Positions 1 to 9,587 of a stretch of DNA of 64,000 bases are shown piece by piece. Numbering within the stretch: position 1 is the first letter of the stretch; each line of letters starts with the position of its first letter. Source of the DNA: Savitreella phatthalungensis (taxonomy: Eukaryota); assembly GCA_051599415.1 (NCBI GenBank), contig AP039693.1, positions 496,001 through 560,000 on the forward strand, written 5' to 3'. The notes under the pieces are model-generated. The model did not search any database, had not been told where the DNA came from, and saw only the letters and a list, made by a program, of their open reading frames with translations. Made by a program: the position numbers and the translations under genes.

Positions 1-1395
1 TATACGTGTATCCTCGAGCGCACACGCCGCGATTGTCTCCAGAAGCGCGGCGAGCTGACCTCGAGCACTAGGTAGGTCAGCTTTATTTGCCACCACCATC
101 GTCCTCCGCCGCTCGAGTCCCGGCGAATGCAAAGCTAGCTCCTTCCGTAGTAACCTATACACCCGAGCAGGATCGATACCTGTCACTTCCCCGCGCGGAT
201 CAAGCACCCCTCGATCACCATCTCCCATTTCTTGTGATCGTGACACCGTGCTAGTCGTAGCAGACAGATCAAGCACGATACACAGTACCCTTGCCCGTTC
301 GACGTGGCGTAGAAAGTCGTGACCAAGTCCACGATCATCATTCGCCCCCTCAATCAACCCAGGAATATCAGCAACCGTGAATGATCTCTCCTCACCGAGC
401 TTCCGACCGACCTTGACACCCGGCATTGTGTCTTGACCAGCTCCGGCACCGGAGGCAGGAACGGCAGCGTAGCTGACAGTGCCGAGATGTGGAGCGAGCG
501 TTGTGAATGCATAGTCTGCCGTCTTCGGTCGAGCGTTTGAGAGTGCTCGGAGGAGGGTAGACTTTCCTGCGTTGGGTGCACCGACTAGACCGATGTCTGC
601 GATTGTCTTGAGCTCGAGAACGAACTTGCGCCGCTGTCCGTCGAGCCCACGGGACGCAAACTTGGGCGACCGATTGTCAGTCGTCAAGAAGAAGCTGTTT
701 CCAAATCCACCGACACCACCACGGCACAGCAACACAGGCTCATCAATCGGTGTCACCTCATCAAGGTCCAGCCGGAGAAGTGCCGCCTCAGGCTTCACCT
801 TCGGTGTGTAGAACGGATTCGGGCTGCCCCTCGGGAGAAGAGCTCTGTACTGCCGACGCAGGATACGCTCTGCTTCTTTGAGCCTGTCTCCTGCATGGTT
901 ATCGTCTTCCGACCGAGGGTAGTGTACCCAGAGGCCGCGCTTGGGCTTGTCGTATGCTGGCTCCTCCGAACGCCGCTCCCCTTCAGACAGCTCGACCTCC
1001 TGCACGACAGTCCCGACAGGCACCTTGATCAGCAAATCGTCGCCCTTTCGCCCATTCATGTTGCTCCCGCGGCCGTGCATGCCCACACCAGACCGCGCAC
1101 GGTACCCGACGTCCAGCGACGTCAGACCGGCGACCGCTGCAACGTATACATTCCCACCATGGCCGCCGCTCCCGCCGTTCGGCGGTCCCTTTGGCAGGAA
1201 CTTCTCTCGCAGGAAAGACACACATCCGTCGCCACCGCGGCCGGCCTCAGCGACGACGACTGCATGGTCTCTGAATGATGTCCCGCTGAATTTGTGTGAC
1301 AGATCCCGAGACGTCGACGTCGCCAGTGACCGTTTCCCGTACCGCGCTCTGCATGCCGCACAGACATGAGTCGTGCGTCGCAAAGTGAGCAGCAT
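1..1395 (-). CDS. MTG2: Mitochondrial Obg-family GTPase (MTG2/GTPBP5-like); 3' end runs off the window
   Basis: Not in the ORF track because no stop lies in the window. Manual translation from ATG 1395 gives an Arg-rich presequence-like MLLTLRRTTHVCAACRARY, the Obg glycine-rich motifs AGRGGDGCVSFLREKFLPKGPPNGGSGGHGGNVY, and G1 DIGLVGAPNAGKSTLL, G2 YAFTT, G3 VADIPGLIEGA, G4 VANKAD. Confidence 0.93.
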   Translation of the reverse strand, partial: MLLTLRRTTHVCAACRARYGKRSLATSTSRDLSHKFSGTSFRDHAVVVAEAGRGGDGCVSFLREKFLPKGPPNGGSGGHGGNVYVAAVAGLTSLDVGYRARSGVGMHGRGSNMNGRKGDDLLIKVPVGTVVQEVELSEGERRSEEPAYDKPKRGLWVHYPRSEDDNHAGDRLKEAERILRRQYRALLPRGSPNPFYTPKVKPEAALLRLDLDEVTPIDEPVLLCRGGVGGFGNSFFLTTDNRSPKFASRGLDGQRRKFVLELKTIADIGLVGAPNAGKSTLLRALSNARPKTADYAFTTLAPHLGTVSYAAVPASGAGAGQDTMPGVKVGRKLGEERSFTVADIPGLIEGANDDRGLGHDFLRHVERARVLCIVLDLSATTSTVSRSQEMGDGDRGVLDPRGEVTGIDPARVYRLLRKELALHSPGLERRRTMVVANKADLPSARGQLAALLETIAACALEDTRI

Positions 1396-1569
1396 AATTG
1401 TAGGACAGGGGACGACGCGGAGAGGTCTAGAGCCTTGTGCCTTGCGTCAGTCACAGATGAAGTGAGCTGATATGACATGTGACTTGATAGTGACGGCTCC
1501 ACAAATTACACACCCGGCGTCCACTTCATCGAGACACAGCCTTACACACAGGGCACAGAGGTCGAGACG

Positions 1570-2724
1570 ATGTCGCGGGAGTACTCGCGCGTCTACATCG
1601 ATGGCTGCCTCGATATGTTCCACCACGGTCACTCCGGTGCGATTCTGCAGGCTCGGCGGGTGGGTGAATGGCTGGTGTGCGGTGTGCACTCTGACGAGGA
1701 GATTGCTGCGAACAAGGGTATCCCGGTGATGTCGATGGACGAGCGGTGTACGAGCGCTCGCGCATGCAAGTGGGTATCCGAAGTGTCTGAAGGCGCTCCG
1801 TACGTGATCAACTGCGCCTATCTAGACCTCGTCAACGCCCAAGTCGCCATCCACGGAGACGATATCACAACTGACGCAAACGGGAACGACTGCTACCAGG
1901 AAGTCAAAGACGCAAAGCGGTTCGTCGTCTGCAAGCGTACACCCCAAATCTCCACAACAGACCTGGTAGGCAGAATGCTCCTCCATACCAGAGACCATCA
2001 CTTCCCACCGTCATCAGCAATCCCATACAGCAGCGACAGCGTCGCACTGTACAAACAATACGCCGCTGGCGACGATGGTGTGAGTGAATACGCGGGTGTC
2101 TCCAAGTATAAAGAGCCCGGGTGCGAGGAGCTTGTCAGGGGAAAGGTTCCAGAGGCTGGTCAGGAAGTAGTGTATGCGGATGGTGGGTGGGATTTGTTCA
2201 CTGCAGGACACGCGGAGATGCTACGGTTGGCGAAACACCACGACGCACACGACAAAGATGGGCGCGGACGATTCGTTGTCGTAGGTCTCCATGCTGATCA
2301 CACGGTCAACAAGAACAAAGGGTTCAACTACCCGATCATGAACATTCGCGAGCGGGCTCTCACAATCCTTGCTTGCCGGTACGTCGATGCGCTCGTCCTC
2401 GATGTACCTTACGAGACGACGAAGAAGCTCCTCTCACAGCTACCACATACGCCGACGGCTGTCTACCACGGGCCTGTACCCCTGCCGGAAGGCGCCGCGC
2501 ACGGGTACGAGGATGTGGCAGATCTTCTACGCATTCTCCCGCAGCACGACTTTGCGAACCTCAACGCAGCAACCATCGTCGACCGCATCGTGGCTCGCAG
2601 CGCAGAGTACCTCGAGAGACAGCGCAAGAAGGGCGTCAAGGCAGACAGAGAACAGATCCTCAGAGCAGCTGAACTTGGCCAGCAACGAAAGCAGCAACAT
2701 GAGCAGCAACTTGAGCAGCAATGA
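1570..2724 (+). CDS. ECT1: Ethanolamine-phosphate cytidylyltransferase
   Basis: Two tandem cytidylyltransferase domains (YIDGCLDMFHHGH...GVHSDEEI and YADGGWDLFTAGH...NYPIMNIRER), plus KRTPQISTTDLVGRML. Confidence 0.93.
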   Translation: MSREYSRVYIDGCLDMFHHGHSGAILQARRVGEWLVCGVHSDEEIAANKGIPVMSMDERCTSARACKWVSEVSEGAPYVINCAYLDLVNAQVAIHGDDITTDANGNDCYQEVKDAKRFVVCKRTPQISTTDLVGRMLLHTRDHHFPPSSAIPYSSDSVALYKQYAAGDDGVSEYAGVSKYKEPGCEELVRGKVPEAGQEVVYADGGWDLFTAGHAEMLRLAKHHDAHDKDGRGRFVVVGLHADHTVNKNKGFNYPIMNIRERALTILACRYVDALVLDVPYETTKKLLSQLPHTPTAVYHGPVPLPEGAAHGYEDVADLLRILPQHDFANLNAATIVDRIVARSAEYLERQRKKGVKADREQILRAAELGQQRKQQHEQQLEQQ

Positions 2725-2879
2725 TCATAGTAGTATCATGATCGAATCACGGCTGAGGACGGAGCGACCATAGACACGAAGCATCAGCAGAACCATGAGA
2801 GCGTGCATGAGCACGAATGTAGGCGTGAGCTCATAAAATGATGTATATACATAGCGTCGGATGCAGTAAAGCGAGATGA

Positions 2880-3239
2880 TTACCAGGACGCCTTTTTGAC
2901 GCCTGGTAGTTCTCCGTCGAGAGCCTTCAGCCGGAACTGATACTGTTGCTAGTCAGTACATGTATACTTTGCGGACACTCTGGAATACTGGGTTTGACAT
3001 ACCCGGCAAAGGCGGAAATCTCTAAGGATTCCACGACCGCGACCAGTCTCCACACAACGGTTCTTCACCTGACCGATGCGAGTCTTGGATGGCATATTGC
3101 TGAGCTGTAATTGTGCCTGCGCTCGTGCTCGAGGTGCAAGCGATGTGTTGCGCACAATATACCGAAGTGCTTGTCGAAGTGGCTCTGCTTCAGCTGCAGC
3201 CACGCGCTTTGCAAGGTCTCGTAGGTTACGTCCCTTCAT
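2880..3239 (-). CDS. MRP2: Mitochondrial ribosomal protein uS14m, two exons (3239-3003, 2942-2880)
   Basis: KNRCVETGRGRGILRDFRLCR, then a 60-nt intron GTATGT...CTGAC...CAG (3002-2943), then YQFRLKALDGELPGVKKASW*, the canonical S14 C-terminus. The start codon is uncertain. Confidence 0.9.
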
Positions 3240-3579
3240 CTGGCAGGAAATAATCAAGCGTAGGGTATATAGAGAAGCTGTCTGATGACTGCTATTGAGG
3301 ACTTGCTGATGATGTTGTACGTCTGTTGAGAAGATGAGTACGTGTGAGAGTGTCAGGATTACTTTTTGCTTTGATCTGGATATCTTGACTGAATGATTCA
3401 CGTGCAATATACGGATACATGTACATGTGATAGTTCCACGTACGGATTTGACCGCAGATAACGATATGTGGCAGAGAGACAGAAATATAGGATATGATTC
3501 ACCATGTGGACTCTGTGGAAGCTCATTGTAACAGGTCATGACGCTTTCTTCACGGCATTGTAAGTGATCTGTAGAGCTC

Positions 3580-4785
3580 ATGTTGAATCGTACGGTCATA
3601 TCTCTGCGACTGCGACTGTATGGTCGTAGTGGCTATCGCGCAGGCAGTACAGCAGCTACAGCAACCAGAAGTGGGATACAAACACAGTCTGCATCAGTAT
3701 ACCATCCCCATCAGCCGTCGTTCGTGGATAGACTTCCTGTCACGTCTTCTACAAAGCCGTCGCGCTTCAGGGAGCCTCCACGACCATTCTCTCACTTTCT
3801 GACAGATCTGCATAATCGTCAGCATGACTATCTCCGCATCTCAATCACTGAGAAGTGCAATCTCCGTTGTACATATTGTATGCCCGAAGAAGGCGTCGAG
3901 CTTCAACCTGCTGAGAAGCTACTCTCATCTGATGAGATTGTTCGCATAGCCCGGCTATTTGTGAGTCAGGGTGTCACAAAGATCCGGCTGACGGGGGGTG
4001 AACCCACTGTCAGACGAGATATTGTCGAGCTCGTACAGCGACTGGGCGAGCTTCGTGCGCTGGGACTACGGGAGATCGCTATGACGAGCAATGGTATCGC
4101 CCTCAAGCGCAAGTTGCCACATCTCGTTGCTGCAGGGCTGACACATCTCAATATCTCGCTCGATACCCTGGACCCGCATCAATACACACTCGTGACACGC
4201 CGGCGTGGCCTCGAGGCAGTGCTTGAAAGTATCGACTTGGCACTTGAGCTTGGCGTGCAGCCGCTGAAGATCAACTGCGTGTTGATTAAAGGCGTCAATG
4301 ACCGCGAGATGCTAGACTTCGTCGAAATGACTCGAGACAGAGACCTCGAAGTCCGATTCATTGAGTACATGCCATTCGATGGCAATCGATACAGTCGAGA
4401 GAAGCTCGTCTCATACGCCGACATGCTCAGCACCATTCGCGCAAGACATCCAGATCTTCAGAAAGCGACGGATCTGCCAAACGACACTACAAAAGCCTGG
4501 AAGGTGCCTGGTTACAAGGGCAAAGTCGCCTTCATCACCTCCATGACAGATCACTTTTGTTCCTCATGCAATCGCCTGCGAGTCACATCCGACGGCAACC
4601 TCAAGGTGTGCCTCTTCGGCAACACGGAGGTCTCCTTGCGTGATCTGATGCGTCAGCCACAAGTGTCAGACGACCAGCTTCTTGAAGTCATCGGCGCAGC
4701 GGTCAAGCGAAAGAAGCCTCAGCATGCCGGACTTTCACAGCTTGTCCAGATGAAGAACAGGCCAATGATCCTGATCGGTGGGTGA
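3580..4785 (+). CDS. MOCS1A: GTP 3',8-cyclase (MoaA/MOCS1A), radical SAM enzyme of Moco biosynthesis
   Basis: YLRISITEKCNLRCTYCMP (CxxxCxxC), RLTGGEP, FCSSCNRLR...KVCLF (second Fe-S cluster) and C-terminal RPMILIGG*; N-terminus resembles a mitochondrial presequence. Confidence 0.96.
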   Translation: MLNRTVISLRLRLYGRSGYRAGSTAATATRSGIQTQSASVYHPHQPSFVDRLPVTSSTKPSRFREPPRPFSHFLTDLHNRQHDYLRISITEKCNLRCTYCMPEEGVELQPAEKLLSSDEIVRIARLFVSQGVTKIRLTGGEPTVRRDIVELVQRLGELRALGLREIAMTSNGIALKRKLPHLVAAGLTHLNISLDTLDPHQYTLVTRRRGLEAVLESIDLALELGVQPLKINCVLIKGVNDREMLDFVEMTRDRDLEVRFIEYMPFDGNRYSREKLVSYADMLSTIRARHPDLQKATDLPNDTTKAWKVPGYKGKVAFITSMTDHFCSSCNRLRVTSDGNLKVCLFGNTEVSLRDLMRQPQVSDDQLLEVIGAAVKRKKPQHAGLSQLVQMKNRPMILIGG

Positions 4786-4834
4786 TTATCCACGATTACA
4801 CGTCTTACATGATTGCTGATGCTGCACAGGAGGA

Positions 4835-5434
4835 ATGAACAAGCCAGTGCTGCATCAGCTCATGGGCTCGAGCTTGAGAGTTGGCTCATACGCCCATGTA
4901 CGATACTATACATCCAAAAGAGACGAGTCCAAACAGCCCGAACACGCTTCTCCCTCGACACTGACCCATGTCGACAGCACAGGACAAGCACACATGGTCT
5001 CAGTCTCTGGCAAACGCATCACAAAGCGCTCTGCCACAGCCCGAGGCAGTATACAGACAACGGCACAAGCTATCGAGCTCGTCCGGTCAAACACGGCTGC
5101 CAAGGGAGACGTTCTCGCAACCGCTCGCATTGCCGGTATCATGGCTGCTAAACGCACGCCTGACCTGATTCCACTCTGCCATCCCATTTCTCTAACAAAG
5201 GTGAGAGTGGAGCTGGAGGTAGACACCAGTCGAAGTGCTATCCACTGTACTGCCACTGCAGAGTGCGAGGGTGTCACGGGCGTCGAGATGGAAGCTTTGA
5301 CAGCCTGCAACATTGCATTACTCACCGTCTACGACATGCTCAAAGCCGTCGACAAGCATATGCAGATACACAACGTCCGTGTGGTTCGCAAGACTGGCGG
5401 CAAGTCTGGCGACTGGCAAGCAGATCAGTCATGA
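4835..5434 (+). CDS. MOCS1B: Cyclic pyranopterin monophosphate synthase (MoaC/MOCS1B); probably also the 3' exon of a spliced MOCS1AB fusion
   Basis: LTHVDSTGQAHMVSV, KGDVLATARIAGIMAAKRTPDLIPLCHPI, TGVEMEALT, YDMLKAVDK, KTGGKSGDW. Confidence 0.95.
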   Translation: MNKPVLHQLMGSSLRVGSYAHVRYYTSKRDESKQPEHASPSTLTHVDSTGQAHMVSVSGKRITKRSATARGSIQTTAQAIELVRSNTAAKGDVLATARIAGIMAAKRTPDLIPLCHPISLTKVRVELEVDTSRSAIHCTATAECEGVTGVEMEALTACNIALLTVYDMLKAVDKHMQIHNVRVVRKTGGKSGDWQADQS

Positions 5435-5662
5435 GAACAGGTCTAATGATGATAGATTTGTCTGTCCTCCATAAGCTTTGACTATAGACAACCTTTGATG
5501 TATACACACGTGCATTTTGTACATGTCACAAATCGACGTCGCTCTAAACGGTCGAGTACATAGATTGAGTGAAATACAGTGGGTTGCACGGTATAGCAGA
5601 CAAGTCAAGTAACCCACAGCGATCGTCCGGCTTGCGGTCGGCATACACCTTCACTCATAAGT

Positions 5663-6802
5663 ATGAGTCGAAACGCCCGGTTCGAGGAAGTTGAGGATGA
5701 CGGTGCAATCTCCGTTCCAGGTTCGAGATTCACGGAAGTCGCTGACGACGATGCATTTGACGACGACTTCGACATGCCTCTCCCGGACGAGGCCACACCA
5801 CCACCAGTCCCGGTCGGTGGCAGCTCGAGTACGCATGACTTTGATGCGCGCAAGGCTGCTGCTCTCGGCGGCATGACCTCAAACAACGTCATCGACCCAG
5901 TCAACCCACAGGGCATCAAGTACGTCTCGGACGACACGCAGTTCAAGCGGTGGACGTGTCTATATCCAGTGTACTTCGACGCGTCTCGTACGACTGCGCA
6001 CGGCCGGCGCGTACCTCGGAAGTACGCAGTGACGTCGCCTCTCGCGAAGACGATCGCGGACGCGTGCAAGGTCATTGGATTCTCGTGTGTGTTTGAGCCT
6101 GCGAAGACACACCCTGCCGATTGGTCTAATCCCGGACGAGTGCGGATCCAGTGGCGCGAGGAGCGCAGCGGTGGTGTAGATGCGGTGACTCCAGCGAAGC
6201 TCACACACCACGAGATCAAGACGAAGAAGCAACTCTACCTCGCCATCGCAGCATACCTCAACGCAAATCCATCCACTCAGGCAGACCCATATCGCGTGCC
6301 GTTCCCAGGCATGCCCACCGAGCCCTACACTGCTGAACAGATCGCCAAGGGCGAAGACAAGGTCGGTAAAATCTACAGGCCGACCGGCCAGACTAACGCC
6401 ATCGCAGGGACGCCCGCACAGAACGAATCCGCCAAGTCGACGCCAAAGTCAAAGGCCAAGTCCAAGAGCAAAGGAAAAGAGAACGACGACACAGCGGCGG
6501 CAAAGGCAACAACAGCCACTCCTACCACACAGAGTCGCTCGACAAGCACAATCAACCGCCATGGCAAGCTGATCAACGAGGTTCTACCGCTTCACTCGCC
6601 CGCGCGGTCAGGGGGTGGCATCAGTGCTGATATGTTCAAGGGATTGATGCCTGGGCTTGACAATTTGATGGGCGGTGGTGAGGATGCTTCTCCGGTCGTC
6701 GGTGACGGTGTACCGAAGACGACGACTGCAGGCAAGCAAGCAATGCAGCAAGGGGCGTCTGGCAAGAAACCAAAGATGAAGCGACAATTCATTCGCGGCT
6801 AG
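5663..6802 (+). CDS. SEC65: Signal recognition particle subunit SRP19/Sec65
   Basis: WTCLYPVYFDASRT...GRRVP...FEPAKTHPADWSNPGRVRI, and fungal C-terminal LPLHSPARSGGG. Confidence 0.9.
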   Translation: MSRNARFEEVEDDGAISVPGSRFTEVADDDAFDDDFDMPLPDEATPPPVPVGGSSSTHDFDARKAAALGGMTSNNVIDPVNPQGIKYVSDDTQFKRWTCLYPVYFDASRTTAHGRRVPRKYAVTSPLAKTIADACKVIGFSCVFEPAKTHPADWSNPGRVRIQWREERSGGVDAVTPAKLTHHEIKTKKQLYLAIAAYLNANPSTQADPYRVPFPGMPTEPYTAEQIAKGEDKVGKIYRPTGQTNAIAGTPAQNESAKSTPKSKAKSKSKGKENDDTAAAKATTATPTTQSRSTSTINRHGKLINEVLPLHSPARSGGGISADMFKGLMPGLDNLMGGGEDASPVVGDGVPKTTTAGKQAMQQGASGKKPKMKRQFIRG

Positions 6803-8013
6803 GTAGATCTTTTCTTCGCGCGGCGCTCCCAGTGACTGATCAGTCGCCGGACTGCCTGCAGCCATAACCGCGTCGACTCATCAGCTAGCATGTATGCCTG
6901 ACCTGCATTCCCCAACAACTGCCAATCGTCGTCATCTCTGTGATCCTTCTTGGCGTCGTGATCGTCAACATTCTCCTTCTCGCGTTTAGCAGCGGCGGCT
7001 GCTGCGGCGGCGGCAGCAGCTTGACGTGCACGCCGCTGCTCCTCTTCCCTCCGGAGCTCGTGTTTAGGCCTAGCGCGCTCATGGATGCCTACACCGACGT
7101 TGCCGCGCGTTGGCCAGGCGTGTTTGCCGACGGCGATGGCGAGATGGTGCTGAGCTGCCTTTGCCGTCTCGTTCTCACGCAGCGCATCAAACACCTTCGC
7201 CAGCTCCTCCAGCACATCACCCGGAATCCCTCGCCGTCCCAACCGTCGTTCCAACCCGACCAAATCGCGGCGCACCTCATCAAACACACCAACCTCATCA
7301 CCACCCTCAGCATCAGCCCACCACACCCGCACGCAGCATCCGATCATCCTCACCAACCCATCACACAGCGCAGGCACAGTGGCTGGGTCGTGGGCCCATG
7401 CGGGGTTGAGTGGGACGATGTCGCGTGGGGGCAGTGGATGGGCGGAGGTAGGGTCGATCGGGAGTAGTGGTTCTTTCGAAATGGGTCCGGTAGTGGAAGT
7501 GTTCTCACCACCAACCTCGATCGAGGCTAGTCGCAATCGCACCTTCTCATCCGTCTCGCCAAACAGCCGGATCGGTTGAGCTAGAGCCCTCAGTCGACTA
7601 ATGACTGCTGCGAAGGGTTCTTCCGGAGGAGTAGAGGGTGCCGGGTCACTTGACGGAGCCTGGGACTTCTGACACTGGGTCTCGGAGGGAGTGTCTGATG
7701 CAGTGGTCTGGGTGGAGACGGTGACTGTATCGAGTGATGAAGGTGGACGCTTGCGGGATGCGTGGAAGGCTTCGTGGGCTTCACGACGTTTCCGTTGGTA
7801 GGCTTCATCTTCTAGGCGTCTCTGAGCTTCACGTGCATGTCTCTCTTCCTCACGAGCGCGCTCCTGGACCAGGTAAGCCTCGCGGCGCTCGTCAAAGCGC
7901 TGACCACGAGTCAAGTACTTCGAGCGATCGTTCCCAGCAGCACTACCGGAACTTGCTTTAACCTTTGCCCGTGCATCTTTAAGCTTGGCAATCTCATCTC
8001 CGAGGAAGGACAT
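6799..8013 (-). CDS. PRP18: Pre-mRNA splicing factor Prp18
   Basis: PRP4-like motif RLRALAQPIRLFGETD; Prp18 motif AVGKHAWP...VGIHER; AYMLADESTRLWLQAVRRLI. Confidence 0.85.
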   Translation of the reverse strand: MSFLGDEIAKLKDARAKVKASSGSAAGNDRSKYLTRGQRFDERREAYLVQERAREEERHAREAQRRLEDEAYQRKRREAHEAFHASRKRPPSSLDTVTVSTQTTASDTPSETQCQKSQAPSSDPAPSTPPEEPFAAVISRLRALAQPIRLFGETDEKVRLRLASIEVGGENTSTTGPISKEPLLPIDPTSAHPLPPRDIVPLNPAWAHDPATVPALCDGLVRMIGCCVRVWWADAEGGDEVGVFDEVRRDLVGLERRLGRRGIPGDVLEELAKVFDALRENETAKAAQHHLAIAVGKHAWPTRGNVGVGIHERARPKHELRREEEQRRARQAAAAAAAAAAAKREKENVDDHDAKKDHRDDDDWQLLGNAGQAYMLADESTRLWLQAVRRLISHWERRAKKRST

Positions 8014-8490
8014 TCTCCCACTTGCACGCCCCTTCTAAGCTTTCAAAAGGATCTTGATCTAAATAGTCTGGATGACCAGCATTGGGAGGATCCTCATCAT
8101 GACAAGAATGACTTTCTTTGAGTCCGACAATGACTCTGAAGATGATTTGAGCAAGATGCTAAAAGACAAAAAGCGTGGACCAGAAATTGGACGTGGAGTC
8201 AAGCGCCATATAGACACCTGCTCTGAGCACGAGCGTTGTCGTCTCCAGAAACGCTTCAAGAAGAATTTCCAGATGTGCAATGACACCTGCAGGCTTCGAA
8301 CCTAACAAGTCCTTGTCTAAAGTTTAAGTTTTAAATAAATAAAACTCTTGAAATTTCAAAGAATTGTTAACAAGGCACGCTCAATTTAAATAAAAAAAGC
8401 TCACTAACTCGCGATGCATGAGCCGCAAGGATAACACGCCTGGTAAGTGCGAGAGCAAATTTATCCAGGTACTTGTACTGTGCTGTGTCA

Positions 8491-8720
8491 GTAGCAGTAG
8501 GAGTAGGGATAGGAGTCAGAGTAGGAGTCAGAGTAGGAGTAGGAGTCAGAGGAGGAGTAGGAGTCAGAGTAGGAGTCAGAGGAGGAGTCAGAGTAGGAGT
8601 CAGAGGAGGAGTCAGAGTAGGAGTCAGAGGAGGAGTCAGAGTAGGAGTAACAGTCAGAGTAGGAGTACGAGTCAGAGTAGGAGTCAGAGGAGGAGTCAGA
8701 GTAGGAGTCAGAGTAGGAGC
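8491..8720. repeat. Purine-rich minisatellite of 6-nt units (GAGTAG / GAGTCA / GAGGAG)
   Basis: Directly visible tandem array, e.g. GGAGTCAGAGTAGGAGTCAGAGGA repeated over about 230 nt. Confidence 0.95.
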
Positions 8721-9219
8721 CAGTGACCAAGTAAGTAGTTGAATGTAACAATAGGCCCAGGTAGTACGCTGGATATGATGACTCTCCTGAATTGTACAAG
8801 GTCAGGATGATGATCAGGTTTAATCACTCGCGGATCTCATCAACCTTGCCCATGAGATCCATCTCCAGTCTAGTTCCACAGGAGCGCACTGACTTTCGCG
8901 AACCTGCGTACGTGACTTTCTCATGATCTGTCCCATCCTTGAGCCCTTAAACAACACAGCTGAGTCACTCCACTGACCCATCACAACCTCCTATTCACAC
9001 AGTCACAGCAGCAGAGAATTCTCGTCATCTTCCTCCCAGCCATCCCGACCCCGCCGCACACTGGCACTCAGATCTCGTGACCAGCAAGTCGGCAGCAGCT
9101 GCTCACGACAGTCGTCCAGCACATCATCACCTCCAGTCCCCATCACCGTCATTTGCTCAACATCATCATGCTTCCTCCTCAATAACGTACGATCGTCATA
9201 AAAACCTGCTGCAGGAGCT

Positions 9220-9587
9220 CTACTTCCGCACGACGATTGACTCGTCCTTGCGCTTAGCATTCAAGTTGAATTTGCCCTGAAGATATAGCGCGTCAGTACT
9301 TCTATCATACAGCTGAATCTATAGGTGAGAGCTTACCTCTGTTGCGTTGGCGAGCATGAACAGTCCGATCGGTACAATCGCACCCCAGATCAATACCTGT
9401 CGCGTACTCTTGCCTGTCCATCTGAAAGTCTCGTGGAGGTTGTGGCGCATCTCCACCCACCGCTCGATCGCCGGATCTAACCATCCATGTCAGTCGCTGA
9501 AATTCGCACAACTCAAAGAAGCGATATGCAAGTCTGATAAACTTGCAGTCTAGTGTACTTCGCACCTGTCTTTAGTGAGCCCGCCAT
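9220..9587 (-). CDS. NDUFB4: NADH:ubiquinone oxidoreductase subunit NDUFB4/B15 (NB5M)-like, three exons (9587-9566, 9476-9337, 9276-9220), 72 aa
   Basis: Manual splice model with introns GTGCGA..CTGAC..TAG (89 nt) and GTAAGC..CTGAC..CAG (60 nt). Product MAGSLKTDPAIERWVEMRHNLHETFRWTGKSTRQVLIWGAIVPIGLFMLANATEGKFNLNAKRKDESIVVRK has the DPA...FRWT...TM...GKF..KR pattern of fungal B15. Confidence 0.85.

Noticed and set aside
2949..3599. 216-aa minus-strand ORF in the track
   Set aside because: Only its distal part is MRP2 exon 1; it reads through the promoter and into the intron.
8491..8720. Repeat array considered as CRISPR or telomeric
   Set aside because: No unique spacers, eukaryotic context, internal location, and mixed hexamer units.
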